Source: Myxococcota bacterium
GTDB taxonomy: Bacteria; Myxococcota; JACRCW01
Length of the DNA stretch: 42,132 nucleotides
Direction of reading: 5' to 3'
NCBI GenBank assembly: GCA_040752415.1
Contig: JBFMGU010000070.1
Span: forward strand, 1 to 42,132
Part shown: positions 8,891-19,000 of the stretch, one piece after another
Numbering within the stretch: position 1 is the first letter of the stretch
Layout: each line of letters opens with the position of its first letter
Notes under the pieces: model-generated
Database searches by the model: none
What the model was told of the DNA's origin: nothing
The model's input: the letters and a program-made list of their open reading frames with translations, nothing else
Translations under genes and position numbers: made by a program

Positions 8891-10255
8891 TCAGAGGGTC
8901 TGACGCAGCGACGTCAGCTCACGCTCCATGTACGCGCGGATCTCCTCCAGCCGCGCCTGGCTCTGCGCCTCGAACCGCAACACCAGGATGGGCTGCGTGT
9001 TGGACGCGCGGATGAGGCCCCACCCGTCGGGGAAGAGCACGCGCACACCGTCCACGTCGACAACATCGTGCTTCTTGCGGAAATGCTCCACGCACTTCTG
9101 CACCAGCTTGAACTTCAGGTGCTCCTCGCAATCCACGCGCAGCTCCGGCGTGGCGTAGGTCACCGGCACGTCGGCGAGCAGCTCGCTGACCGGCTTGCCC
9201 GCCTCGCTCAACAGCTCCACCAGGCGACCCGCGGCGTAGATGGCGTCGTCAAAGCCGTAGTAGCGGTGGCGGAAGAAGATGTGGCCGCTCATCTCGCCGG
9301 CCAGCGCCGCGTCGGCCTCCTTCATCTTGGCCTTGATGAGGCTGTGCCCCGCCTTCCACATGATGGCCTCGCCGCCGTGCTTGGCAATGTCGTCGTAGAG
9401 CGTCTGGCTGCACTTCACCTCACCCACCACCGCCGCGCCCGGGACCTCCTTCAGCACGCTGCGGCTGTAGAGGATCATCAGCTTGTCGCCCCACAGGATG
9501 TTCCCCTTGTTGTCGACGACGCCAATGCGGTCCGCGTCCCCGTCGAACGCAATGCCCAGGTCCGCCTTCTCGGCCATCACGCGGCTGATGAGCGGCTCCA
9601 CGTTCTTCTCGACGGTGGGGTCGGGATGGTGGTGCGGGAAGCGGCCGTCCGCCTCGCAGTACTGGTCAATGACGTCGTGACCCATGCGACGCAGCAGCGG
9701 CACCGCGTAAGGACCACCCATGCCATTGCCGCCGTCGACGACGATCTTCAGCTTCCGCTCCGGCATCCTGAGCCGGCCCAGGAGCGCGGTGAGATACGCC
9801 TCGGTGAGGTCCAGCGGCTGCACGCTGCCCCTGCCGGTGACGAACTTCCCTTCCTGGCAGATCTTGAGCAGCTCCTGGATCTCGTGACCGTGCAGCGTGG
9901 TCTTGCCGAAGCTGATCTTGAAGCCGTTGTGGTCGGGCGGGTTGTGGCTTCCCGTGATCTGGATGCCGCCCGCGGCGTCGGTGTGGAAGATGGAGAAGTA
10001 CTGCACCGGCGTGGCCACCACGCCCACGTCCACCACCGTCATCCCGCTCTCGGTGAGGCCCTTGATGAGACCGCGGTGCAGGTCCGGCCCGCTCACGCGG
10101 CAGTCCCGGCCCACCACGATCTTTCCGCGCGCCTCGCGCTTGCGGAAGAACGTGGCATAGGCACGACCCAGCGTCTCCGCCACGCTGGCGTCCAGGTCCT
10201 TCCCGTAGACGCCACGCACGTCATACTCGCGGAAGATGTAGGGCTTGAGCTCCAT
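8891..10255 (-). CDS. Phosphomannomutase/phosphoglucomutase (AlgC-like)
   Basis: IFREYDVRG, catalytic TGSHNP, metal loop FDGDADR, GEMSGH, IRASNTQP; AGGAG RBS before ATG 10255. Confidence 0.96.
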   Translation of the reverse strand: MELKPYIFREYDVRGVYGKDLDASVAETLGRAYATFFRKREARGKIVVGRDCRVSGPDLHRGLIKGLTESGMTVVDVGVVATPVQYFSIFHTDAAGGIQITGSHNPPDHNGFKISFGKTTLHGHEIQELLKICQEGKFVTGRGSVQPLDLTEAYLTALLGRLRMPERKLKIVVDGGNGMGGPYAVPLLRRMGHDVIDQYCEADGRFPHHHPDPTVEKNVEPLISRVMAEKADLGIAFDGDADRIGVVDNKGNILWGDKLMILYSRSVLKEVPGAAVVGEVKCSQTLYDDIAKHGGEAIMWKAGHSLIKAKMKEADAALAGEMSGHIFFRHRYYGFDDAIYAAGRLVELLSEAGKPVSELLADVPVTYATPELRVDCEEHLKFKLVQKCVEHFRKKHDVVDVDGVRVLFPDGWGLIRASNTQPILVLRFEAQSQARLEEIRAYMERELTSLRQTL

Positions 10256-10464
10256 GGGTTTTCGTCTCCTTGGGGGCCTTCTGACAGAGGTCCGGCAACC
10301 ACCGCAAGCGCCCGGTTGTACGCGGAAATCCACCACGGTTGCCCTGGGCGCACGGGTCCCGGTGGCGTTCTAGCGCCCGTGGGTGCATTCCGCCCGTTCC
10401 GGGTGTTCACGCGCTCCGTGCCCGTCGGGTGGCCCGGTGGTGGCGACGGAGGACACCCCTGCGC

Positions 10465-10477
10465 TAGGTTCCCCGCC
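10465..10477 (+). promoter_or_regulatory. -10 element, probable leaderless promoter of the lipoprotein trio
   Basis: TAGGTT at 10465-10470, 7 nt before GTG 10478; no SD at the normal distance. Confidence 0.45.
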
Positions 10478-11026
10478 GTGAAGCGCCTCCTGCTCACCGC
10501 GCTTGTCATAACCTCCGGGTGCCTGGCCCCGGACCTGCAGATCTTCGACGTCACCATCCGCACGGTCCGCAACTGCCACCCCGCGGGCCTGTTTCCGGAG
10601 CTGTGTGAAGCGCGCAGCCAGTTTGAGGGCATCCACCGCACCGCCCGCTTCACGCTGGAGATGCGCGGGCCCACCCAGTTCATCCTCTACGAGGACGACG
10701 GGCGCGCCCTGCCCGGCAACGTCGAGCGGGGGGAGTACTTTGCGCGCTCCCTGCACCAGGAGATCAGCGCCAACGGCTGCCAGAAGCAGTTCGAGCGCAG
10801 CGTGAAGTTCGAGATCCGCAAGGACATGCTGCCCACCATCCCCGGGCGTCAGCGTCGGCGTGACCGCATGGTGGGCTCCGCGCAGAGCCGGACCAGCCAG
10901 AACGGGGAGTGCGGCCAGGCCGCGGCCAGCAAGTTTGAAGAGGTCTTTGACGGCGAGGAAGTGCGGGAGGACGACCCCACCCTCCCCTTCCCCACGCTGC
11001 CCCTCGTCGACGGAGGCGCGTCATGA
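10478..11026 (+). CDS. Hypothetical lipoprotein, paralog 1 of 3
   Basis: 3' part of the long ORF 8744..11026; GTG start gives MKRLLLTALVITSGC lipoprotein signal; four further Cys shared with the next two genes. Confidence 0.82.
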   Translation: MKRLLLTALVITSGCLAPDLQIFDVTIRTVRNCHPAGLFPELCEARSQFEGIHRTARFTLEMRGPTQFILYEDDGRALPGNVERGEYFARSLHQEISANGCQKQFERSVKFEIRKDMLPTIPGRQRRRDRMVGSAQSRTSQNGECGQAAASKFEEVFDGEEVREDDPTLPFPTLPLVDGGAS

Positions 11027-11505
11027 GGCGCGTGGTGGTGCTGGTGCTCATGGCCGCGGCGGCGTGCCTGCCCGGAAACATCGTCCACTACCAGGCGGAC
11101 CTGGTGCCGCTGGCGGACTGCAATCTCCGTCGTGGCGAGCTGGAATGCCTGGCCCCCGCCGACGGAGGTACGCGCATCTCCGGCGTCATGAGCGTGGATG
11201 AGCGCGGCGACGACACGCGCGTGTTCTTCCGCCAGGAGACGCTGGTGGGGACCTTTGATGGCGACCGCCTCCACGTCGAGAACGTGCGTGAGCTGGTGCG
11301 CGAGCAGAGTGGGTGCCTGACGCGCCAGACGCTGAAGATCGACGGGCTGGTGGATGACCCGGGCTTCGGGCTCCGTCGTGAGATCAACGGCTCCGCCGAG
11401 GAATCCGCGATCACCGACGGAGATCCGCAGCAGTGCGGCCTCAACATCCCGTACGGGCAGGTGCGTCGCTACACGCTGCACGCGGTGGAGGTGACGCAGC
11501 CATGA
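11023..11505 (+). CDS. Hypothetical lipoprotein, paralog 2 of 3
   Basis: MRRVVVLVLMAAAAC signal; GGAGG RBS; ATGA overlaps at both ends. Confidence 0.85.
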   Translation: MRRVVVLVLMAAAACLPGNIVHYQADLVPLADCNLRRGELECLAPADGGTRISGVMSVDERGDDTRVFFRQETLVGTFDGDRLHVENVRELVREQSGCLTRQTLKIDGLVDDPGFGLRREINGSAEESAITDGDPQQCGLNIPYGQVRRYTLHAVEVTQP

Positions 11506-11987
11506 AGCGCGTTCTTCCGCTGCTGCTCCTGGTGACGTCGTGCGGGCCCACGGTGCGCACGTACGAGGTGGAGGTCAGCAAGGAGCAGATCTGTCGCACG
11601 TTCGACCCGGCGCCGGAGTCCTGCCAGACCACCACCAGCCCCACCCTCGTCCTCAACGTGCGCATCGAGGACCGGCAGGACGGGCGCGCGCTCATCTACG
11701 GCCGCACCGACTCCAGCGCGGAGCGCGTCTACCAGGCCACCGTCCCGCGCGAGGGAAGGTACGAGGTGGAGGAGGTGCAGACGTCCTCCAACGCGCAGAG
11801 CGGGTGCCAGAGCACCACGTACACCATCGTGGCCCTCAACGTGGACGACCGCGGCCTGGAAGGCGGCGAGGAGTTCCGCGTGGAGGAGAACAAGAAGTGC
11901 AATGACCTCAACCAGCGTCGGGTGACCCGGCGGCTGCGGGAATGGCTTGGCTCCCGCACCGACAGCGACACCAGTCCGCTGCCGTGA
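11502..11987 (+). CDS. Hypothetical lipoprotein, paralog 3 of 3
   Basis: ATG 11502 gives MKRVLPLLLLVTSC signal; GGAGGTG RBS; ATGA overlap. Confidence 0.85.
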   Translation: MKRVLPLLLLVTSCGPTVRTYEVEVSKEQICRTFDPAPESCQTTTSPTLVLNVRIEDRQDGRALIYGRTDSSAERVYQATVPREGRYEVEEVQTSSNAQSGCQSTTYTIVALNVDDRGLEGGEEFRVEENKKCNDLNQRRVTRRLREWLGSRTDSDTSPLP

Positions 11988-12001
11988 CGTCGGGGGAAAC
12001 C

Positions 12002-13345
12002 ATGTCCGCTGCAACCGAGAGCACCACCGTGATCCACGGTGCGCCGCCGGGACCCACCAGCGCGCTTTGGCAGCTCATCAAGTGGGGCTCCAAGCCGCTG
12101 GACACTTTCCAGGAACACTTCCGTCGTCATGGTGACCCGTTCACCATGCCGTTCTTCGAGGGGGTGCAGCTGGTGTGCACCGCGGAGCCCGACGGAATCC
12201 GCGAGATCTTCATGGCGGACCCGGACACGTTCGAGGTGCCCACGCCGGAGATGCTCACGCCGCTGGTGGGTCGGAACAGCGTGCTGGTGCTGAGCGGGCA
12301 ACGTCACCGTCGGGAGAGACAGATGATGGCGCCGCCGTTCCACGGCGCCCGCATGCGCGCGTACGGCAAGCTCATGCAGGACATTGCGCTGAAGCACGGC
12401 GCGCGCTGGGAGAAGGGGAAGCCCTTCACCATGCTTCAGACCACGCAGGCCATCTCGCTGGAGGTCATCCTGCAGGCGGTCTTCGGCGTCACCGAGCCGG
12501 AGCGCGTGCGCATCTTCGAGGAGGCGATTCTCGCGTTCGTGCGCACCGGGACGCCGCTGGTGCTGTTCTTCAAGGCGGTGCGCAAGGACCTGGGTCCGTG
12601 GAGTCCGTGGGGCAGGCTCAAGCGCGCGGAGAAGCACCTGTTTGCGCTCATCCAGGAGGAGATCGAGAACCGTCGCAAGGATCACGTGGAGCGCGAGGAC
12701 ATCCTGAGCATGTTGCTCGCCGCTCGTCGTGAAGACGGCTCACCCATGGCCGACGAGGTGCTGCGCGACGAGCTGCTCACGCTGCTGGTGGCGGGTCACG
12801 AGACCACGGCGTCCGCGTTGGCCTGGGCGTTCTACCTGTTGCACCGCAATCCCGACGTGCTCGCGCGCTTGCAGGCGGAGCTGCGCGGCCTGGGCCCCAC
12901 TCCCGACGCCATGGCGCTGGCGGAGCACCCGTACCTCGACGCGGTGTGCAGCGAGACGTTGCGCATCCGGCCCATCGTGATGGACGTGGCGCGGCTGCTG
13001 CGCAAGCCCATGGTGCTGCGTGGTCGGGAGATCCCGGCGGGACACGGGGTATGCGCGGCCATCGTCGCCACGCATCATGACGCGCGGATCTACCCGGAGC
13101 CCCACGCCTTCCGTCCGGAGCGTTTCCTGGAGCGGAAGTTCTCGCCGTACGAGTTTCTTCCCTTCGGCGGCGGCGTGCGTCGGTGCCTGGGCGCTTCCTT
13201 TGCGTTGTACGAGATGAAGATCGTTCTGGGCAGCCTGCTGGGCCAGAAGAAGCTCGCGCTGGCCAGTGACAAGGCGGTGGTGCCCGGTCTGCGCAACGTG
13301 ACCTGGGCCCCGACGACGGGCGTGCGCATGGTGCTGCGGGACTGA
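12002..13345 (+). CDS. Cytochrome P450
   Basis: I-helix AGHETT, ETLR (ExxR), FRPERF, heme motif PFGGGVRRCLG; GGGGGA RBS before ATG 12002. Confidence 0.97.
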   Translation: MSAATESTTVIHGAPPGPTSALWQLIKWGSKPLDTFQEHFRRHGDPFTMPFFEGVQLVCTAEPDGIREIFMADPDTFEVPTPEMLTPLVGRNSVLVLSGQRHRRERQMMAPPFHGARMRAYGKLMQDIALKHGARWEKGKPFTMLQTTQAISLEVILQAVFGVTEPERVRIFEEAILAFVRTGTPLVLFFKAVRKDLGPWSPWGRLKRAEKHLFALIQEEIENRRKDHVEREDILSMLLAARREDGSPMADEVLRDELLTLLVAGHETTASALAWAFYLLHRNPDVLARLQAELRGLGPTPDAMALAEHPYLDAVCSETLRIRPIVMDVARLLRKPMVLRGREIPAGHGVCAAIVATHHDARIYPEPHAFRPERFLERKFSPYEFLPFGGGVRRCLGASFALYEMKIVLGSLLGQKKLALASDKAVVPGLRNVTWAPTTGVRMVLRD

Positions 13346-13386
13346 GTCCAGAAGTCAGGGGTCTTCCAGATTCTCCGACGGAACCA

Positions 13387-14205
13387 TCACGTGAAGATCT
13401 GCTCCAGCCGCTCCGCGGAGGATGCGCGCACCAACCACCGTTCCAACAGCGCCAGGTCGCGGCACTCGTCGATTTTCCGACGCTGCTCTTCGGGAACGGG
13501 GATCCCTCGGCTTGAGAGCAGCAGCAGCACCGACCGCGCCAGGCCCGCCGCCTCGCCTTCGGCTTTGCCCTCGGCTTTGCCCTCGGCTTTGCCCTCGGTT
13601 TTGCCCTCGGTGCGGACGTCGTCGAGCGTGGAGTACCCGCGGCGTTGCAGGAGATTGCGGAATGTGGCCTCCAGAGCCGCATCACGATCAAAAAGGGCTT
13701 GGACCGGTACCGGGTTCTGCAGCACGCCCGGCGCGTCGAGGAACTGACCGGGCACCATGATGGTGACAGCCTTTCCTGGTTGATGGACCTCCACACGACG
13801 AGGGCCCGCCAACCGCACCACCCAGATAAACCGGGTCCCCGCGCCCAACAGGTCCGCCACCTTCTCCGCCAGCTTCTCCTCGTCCTGGCCGGAGTCCACG
13901 TACTCAACCGCAAGCGGAGGCGCGCCCTTGACCCAACCGGGCTTCGCGGGAACGTTGCCCACGGAGACGTCAGGCGCGCGAAGGGTGTCCTCGGTGGGGG
14001 CGTAGCCCGTGTCCACCCCCGCGGCTTCCACGGCGGGGTCGGAGCCCAGGACCATGGCGCCGGTGGCGTTGGCCCCACCATGCCGCCCCCCGGCGGGCGC
14101 GCACTCCACCGGGTGCCCGTGCGACAGCTCGTAGCGGGAATCCTCGGGAACGTCGTGGACCCGGAAGGGGCCTTGGGCATCGTCGCGACGCGGGTTGCGG
14201 GCCAT
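13387..14205 (-). CDS. Uma2/DUF820 family PD-(D/E)xK endonuclease with Rpn/DUF4351-like C-terminal tail
   Basis: RYELSHG, RAPDVSV, PPLAVEYV, GTRFIWVV; then EGKA repeats and the KIDECRDLALLERWLVRA tail. Confidence 0.85.
   Translation of the reverse strand: MARNPRRDDAQGPFRVHDVPEDSRYELSHGHPVECAPAGGRHGGANATGAMVLGSDPAVEAAGVDTGYAPTEDTLRAPDVSVGNVPAKPGWVKGAPPLAVEYVDSGQDEEKLAEKVADLLGAGTRFIWVVRLAGPRRVEVHQPGKAVTIMVPGQFLDAPGVLQNPVPVQALFDRDAALEATFRNLLQRRGYSTLDDVRTEGKTEGKAEGKAEGKAEGEAAGLARSVLLLLSSRGIPVPEEQRRKIDECRDLALLERWLVRASSAERLEQIFT
13561..13610 (-). repeat. 12-nt coding tandem repeat x4 (EGKA/EGKT)
   Basis: Plus strand ggctttgccctc x3 then ggttttgccctc. Confidence 0.9.
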
Positions 14206-14218
14206 GTTCAGCACACTA
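14206..14218 (-). promoter_or_regulatory. -10 element, possible leaderless promoter of the Uma2 gene
   Basis: Minus strand TAGTGT, 7 nt, ATG 14205; no SD. Confidence 0.4.
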
Positions 14219-14259
14219 ACCGTCGCTACCAGACCTGCCAACCTCGCCGGAATGCAGTG

Positions 14260-15072
14260 TCAGGGCCGCGCCTTCCGACCTCTCGCCTCGGTGCCCGCCG
14301 TGGCGCACGTGGCGCATCCCTCCCGCGGATACAGCGGCTGCACGCGCGTGGTGCCCTTCAGCAGGTCCAGCGTCAACATGCGCGCCGTGAGCGACTCCCC
14401 GACGCCCAACAGCAGCTTCACCACCTCCGCCGCCATGACGCTCCCCACGGCGCCCGTCGCCGCGCCCATCACGCCTGCGTCCTGACAGCGTTCCGCCGGT
14501 GGCGGCTCGTCGAAGAGGCAGCGCAGACAAGGCTTCCCCGTCCCAGGGAACACGGTGACCTGACCACCCCACTTCACCGCGCCACCGTGGACCAACGGCG
14601 TTCCCAGCTTGAGACACGCGTCGTGCAGGATGAACTTGGTGGCCGGGTCATCCGTGGCGTCGACGACAACCTGGTGTCCACCCACCAGTCCCTTCACGTT
14701 CCGCTCGGTGAGTCGCGTCTCCAACGGAGCCAATGACACGTGCGGCTGGATGCCGCGAATGCGCTCCTGGAGGACCTGCGCCTTGGGTTGTCCCTCGTCG
14801 GATGCCTGGAACAGGATCTGGCGGTTGAGGTTGGACAGCTCCACGTCGTCGTCGTCCACCAGCGTGAGATGACCCACACCAGCGCCGGCCAGGTACGTGG
14901 CCACCGGGTGCCCCAAACCGCCGCACCCCACGACGAGCACGCGCTGGGTCAGCAGCTTCTCGACGCCAGCGAGCCCCACCTCGGCCAGGGAGCGCGTGCG
15001 TGACAACCGCTTCTGCACGTCGGGGCGCGACGCGGCGGGAACCATGTTGTCGAGCTCACGGAACTCCGTCAT
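14260..15072 (-). CDS. HesA/MoeB/ThiF family adenylyltransferase (no rhodanese domain)
   Basis: VVGCGGLG, DDDDVELSNLNRQ, DATD, Zn ligands CLRC and CATC, CQDAG active-site loop. Confidence 0.93.
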   Translation of the reverse strand: MTEFRELDNMVPAASRPDVQKRLSRTRSLAEVGLAGVEKLLTQRVLVVGCGGLGHPVATYLAGAGVGHLTLVDDDDVELSNLNRQILFQASDEGQPKAQVLQERIRGIQPHVSLAPLETRLTERNVKGLVGGHQVVVDATDDPATKFILHDACLKLGTPLVHGGAVKWGGQVTVFPGTGKPCLRCLFDEPPPAERCQDAGVMGAATGAVGSVMAAEVVKLLLGVGESLTARMLTLDLLKGTTRVQPLYPREGCATCATAGTEARGRKARP

Positions 15073-16031
15073 GGCGCCTTGGGTGCCTCCATCACCTTCT
15101 GCATCTGCTGCACCACCGAGAAGTACCGGTCGCCGGCGTCGCAGAGGAAGGTGACCACCACGCCGTCGGGTCCCAGTGTGCGCGCCACGTCGATGGCCAC
15201 GCTGACATTCGCTCCGGAGCTGATGCCCACGAGGAGGCCTTCCTCGCGCGCCAGTCGCGCCGTCATGCGCGCCGCGTCCTGCTCCATCACGGTGCGAATC
15301 TCGTCGATGAGCGAGCGATCCAGCGCCTTGGGAATGAACCCCGCGCCGATCCCCTGGATCTTGTGCACGTGCGCTGGCTTGCCACTGAGCACCGCGCTCT
15401 CCTCGGGCTCTATCGCGATGATGCGCACGTTCGGGTAGCGCTGCTTGAGCGTGCGGCCCACGCCGGTGAGCGTTCCGCCCGTCCCCACGCCAATCACCGC
15501 GGCGTCGAGCCGGTCATGTCCCTCGGCGGCGAGCCCCTCCAGGATCTCCGGTCCGGTCGTGGCCTCGTGCGCGGCGGGGTTGGAGGGGTTCTCGAACTGT
15601 CGCAGGTAGATGTGACCGGGTTTCTCCTTGCAGAGCCTCTCCGCCTCCGCCACGGCACCCGCCATGTCCAGGTGTCCCGGCGTGAGCACCACGGTAGCGC
15701 CGTACGTCTTGAGCAGCGCACGACGCTCCAGGCTCATGTGATCCGGCATGGTCAGCACGATGGGGTAGCCCTTGGCCGCACACACCAGGGCCAACCCAAT
15801 GCCCGTATTCCCACTCGTCGGCTCGACGACAGTCATGCCCGGCCGCAACCGCCCCGAGCGCTCCGCGGCTTCCACCATGGCCAGCGCAATGCGGTCCTTC
15901 ACGCTGCCGCCGGGGTTGAGCTGCTCGCACTTTCCGTAGACGTGGGCAGCGCCCTCGGGAACCACGCGGGTGAGACGCACCAGCGGCGTACGCCCCACGC
16001 ATTGCAGCACGGAATCAAAGGTTCCAGCCAT
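15069..16031 (-). CDS. cysK: Cysteine synthase A
   Basis: VGRTPLVRL, NPGGSVKDRIA (PLP Lys), EPTSGNTG, QFENPSN, GVGTGGT, HKIQGIGAGF, GISSGA; ATG 16031 overlaps the upstream TGA. Confidence 0.93.
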   Translation of the reverse strand: MAGTFDSVLQCVGRTPLVRLTRVVPEGAAHVYGKCEQLNPGGSVKDRIALAMVEAAERSGRLRPGMTVVEPTSGNTGIGLALVCAAKGYPIVLTMPDHMSLERRALLKTYGATVVLTPGHLDMAGAVAEAERLCKEKPGHIYLRQFENPSNPAAHEATTGPEILEGLAAEGHDRLDAAVIGVGTGGTLTGVGRTLKQRYPNVRIIAIEPEESAVLSGKPAHVHKIQGIGAGFIPKALDRSLIDEIRTVMEQDAARMTARLAREEGLLVGISSGANVSVAIDVARTLGPDGVVVTFLCDAGDRYFSVVQQMQKVMEAPKAP

Positions 16032-19000
16032 CAGTGCTCCCAGGCGCCGGTGAACCTGCCGTCGCCGTCGACGTCGACATAGATCGGATTGGCCATGGCC
16101 AGCGCGGCAATTCCGTTGCGGACCTGCAGGAACTCCTCCGGCGTCTGCCCGTTCTCGTCGATCTGCAGGGCCAGGCCCGCGGTGAGCACCGGCCACACCG
16201 GCTGCGCCCCGTGCACGCGCACGACGAGGAACGCGTCCTTCCCCGCGAACGGATTGTGCTGGGCCACGTCCACGTCGAGCGTGGCGTGGTAGCGCAGCCG
16301 TTCACCGCCGTTCTGCAGCGTCTCCACCACGGGCTCCCCCAGCGGCGCGGAGAGCGCGGGTGCGGGCGGCGTGGCCATCTCCCCCGGATCCTCGACGTAG
16401 TGCGGGCTGACCAGGACATCCGCGCTGGCCAGCGGCATCCACCGCGGCGTGACGACGTCGATTTCCACCGTCACCCGTTGCGGCGCCACCACCAGTCCAC
16501 CGGGGGACACGCGCGTGGCTCCGTAGGAAGCGGTGATGATGGGCATGGGCCCGTTGCTCACAATGACATCGCCACGGTTGGGCGCGTTTCCGGTGCCGGC
16601 CAGCGCGTTCAGCACGTCCCAGGGATCCACACGTCCGTCGGCGCCTCGGCTCGCCCGCACGTACGTACGCGGGTATCCGTTCTGGTCGGCGGCCAGTCCG
16701 TGCGTGTCACTGGTGCCGGTCATGATGGGCCGGTGCCCGACGAGGATGAGGTTGCCCACGTCGAGCATGATGCGGTCCGCCTTGCGGTCACCCGCGGGAC
16801 GGGTGGGCAGCGTTCCGTCGTAAGGCCTGAACCCGTTGTAGATCTCCACGGCGTCAAACTCCGCGGTCCACATGGGCTCTTGGGCGGGGATGCGCAGCAT
16901 CTCATTGGGCAGCGGCTGCTTCTCGACGTCACCAAAGGCCACGCCGCTCACCGGGTCAAACGTGAGCGCCGCGCGGTCGAAGTACGTCTGGAACCCGAAG
17001 CCGGTGACCTGGCGCGGATGATTCACCTGCACCACCTGCGCGCCCATCTGGCGGTACGCCTGGAAGAGCTGCGGGGGCGCGAGGTTCGGTCCGTCGCCAC
17101 CAGCCCAGTCCAGCGCGCCGCCGTTCACCATGTTCTGGTTGGGAGAGAGCGGGAAGATGTTGAAGTGACCGTAGTCAAACGGCGTGCACTCCACCCCGTT
17201 GATGGCGACGATCCTGTCGCTGAACCCCAGCTCCGCGACGATGCGCTCCCAGTCCGTCACCACGTCGTGGTCGCTGCCGCCAAAGAGCTCGATGCCTTCG
17301 CCCAGGTAGCTGCGCAGCCGGTCGCGCAGGGGGATGGGACTGTCGGGTGAATTGACGGAGTGCTGGTGCCAGTCGGTGGCCAGGTAGGGCCCGTCGTCGA
17401 CCACGCGGTGCAGCGTGCCTTCCACCGACGCCGTCGTGGTGCCCACGTCCACCAGGCCCTGCCAGATGTCATAGGCGGGACCGGCGCTGGCAATGACGAG
17501 ATAACGCCCCGGGGCGAGCTTCAAGGCCCCGTCGGACGCGGAATCGCACGTCTCGCTGTAACGGAGCGCGGCCACGCCGTAGGGCGGACGGTCAAACACG
17601 GCCCGGCGCGCGGCGTCATCCGGTTCCTGGTCCGCGCCCACCACCGTGATGCGACACGGCGCGGCCTCCGTCGTGGGACGGTCCATTCGACGCGCCACGC
17701 GGAACCGGTAGCTCAGGTTGCCGGCGGTCAGCATGGTGATGAGCGCTTCATCCTTGTCCTCGGTGAGCCGCAGGTCCTCGGCGGGCTCCCGACCTTCCGC
17801 GCGCACCTGCACATCCACCGCGCCCGGCGGAACCTGGAACCGCGCCACGCCCAGCTCGTCGGTGCGACCGGAGGCCACCGTCGGACGGGAGTCCGGATCC
17901 GTGTGCTGGCCGCGGATGAGCACCAGGGCGTCGCGGATGGGCGCGCTGGTTTCCTCGTCGACAACCCGGACCCGGAACGAGCGCGTGGCCAGGCCCTGCT
18001 CCTGCATCAGGATCGCACTCGCAGCGGCCAGGCTCGAGCCTGACACCGCGAGATCGACGCCGTAGCTCCACGCGTGGCCCGCCTCCAGGAACAGGTCCGC
18101 GGACTCCAACGCGCTCAGCACATCCGGCTTGGAGAACAGGCTCACGGTGACACCGGCCACCTGCACCGTGGGATTCGTCGACGTGGCCGACGCATCTCCC
18201 AGCACGGAGCGCGGACGGATGGCGGTGCTCACCTGCTTGCCGCTGAAGCCAAACCACGGCACGGCGTTGTCACCGCTGAGCACGGCGTCGACGTTGTACG
18301 CGGTGGAACCGAATCCCGGCCCCGCGCGGAACGGCAGCACCTCGCCGCCGGAATCCACCGCAATACCGACAGGCAGCTGGAACCCCACGGTGTCCTGGTT
18401 GACCATGGTCCACGTGATGCGGAGGAACGGCTTGTCGGCGGGCAGCTCGTACGTTGCCACCACCTTCATGACGAGGTTCTGGTCGGGATCGAACGGCACG
18501 CTGGTGGCAAGCAGGTCGCCCATGAAGCCGCCCAGGTTGACGTACTCCCACAGCGCCGGCCGTCCATAAGCTCGCACGACGACACTCCCGCCATCCGACC
18601 CATCCCGCACCACATCCAGCCGCGTGAAGTTGACGGTGGAGCCCAGGTTGAGGACCGGCTGCAGCTCGCCGAACTCGTCGGGCAGGGGCTGACCGTCCAC
18701 CAGCGCCACGGCGTCAATCACGTTCCCGCCAAACGGCGCCACGGCAATCTCCCGACCCGGCTTCTGGATGACGAAGCGCGCGTGGTTGTTCTGGATGACC
18801 AGGTCACCGGGCCGTGCCTGCGCCGCGTTCCCCTCGCGCATTCCGGAGACGTCATCGACGTAGAACGCACGCGCTCCACCCGGCCCGCCCGACGGAGGAA
18901 GCGGAGGCAACGCCGCGGCCAGCGCCCCATCCTGGCAGGTGGCGTCGCGACACTCCTGGACGAAAGGACAATCCGCGTCGGTGACACAGGTGGACGCGGC

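Noticed and set aside
8744..10477. 760-aa ORF 8744..11026 as one protein
   Set aside because: The 5' part is the antisense shadow of PMM/PGM; only the portion from GTG 10478 has a signal peptide and paralogy
3895..15072. moaA and the moeB-like gene as a single Moco cluster
   Set aside because: More than 9 kb apart in different transcription units; no moaC, moaD, moaE or moeA in the window
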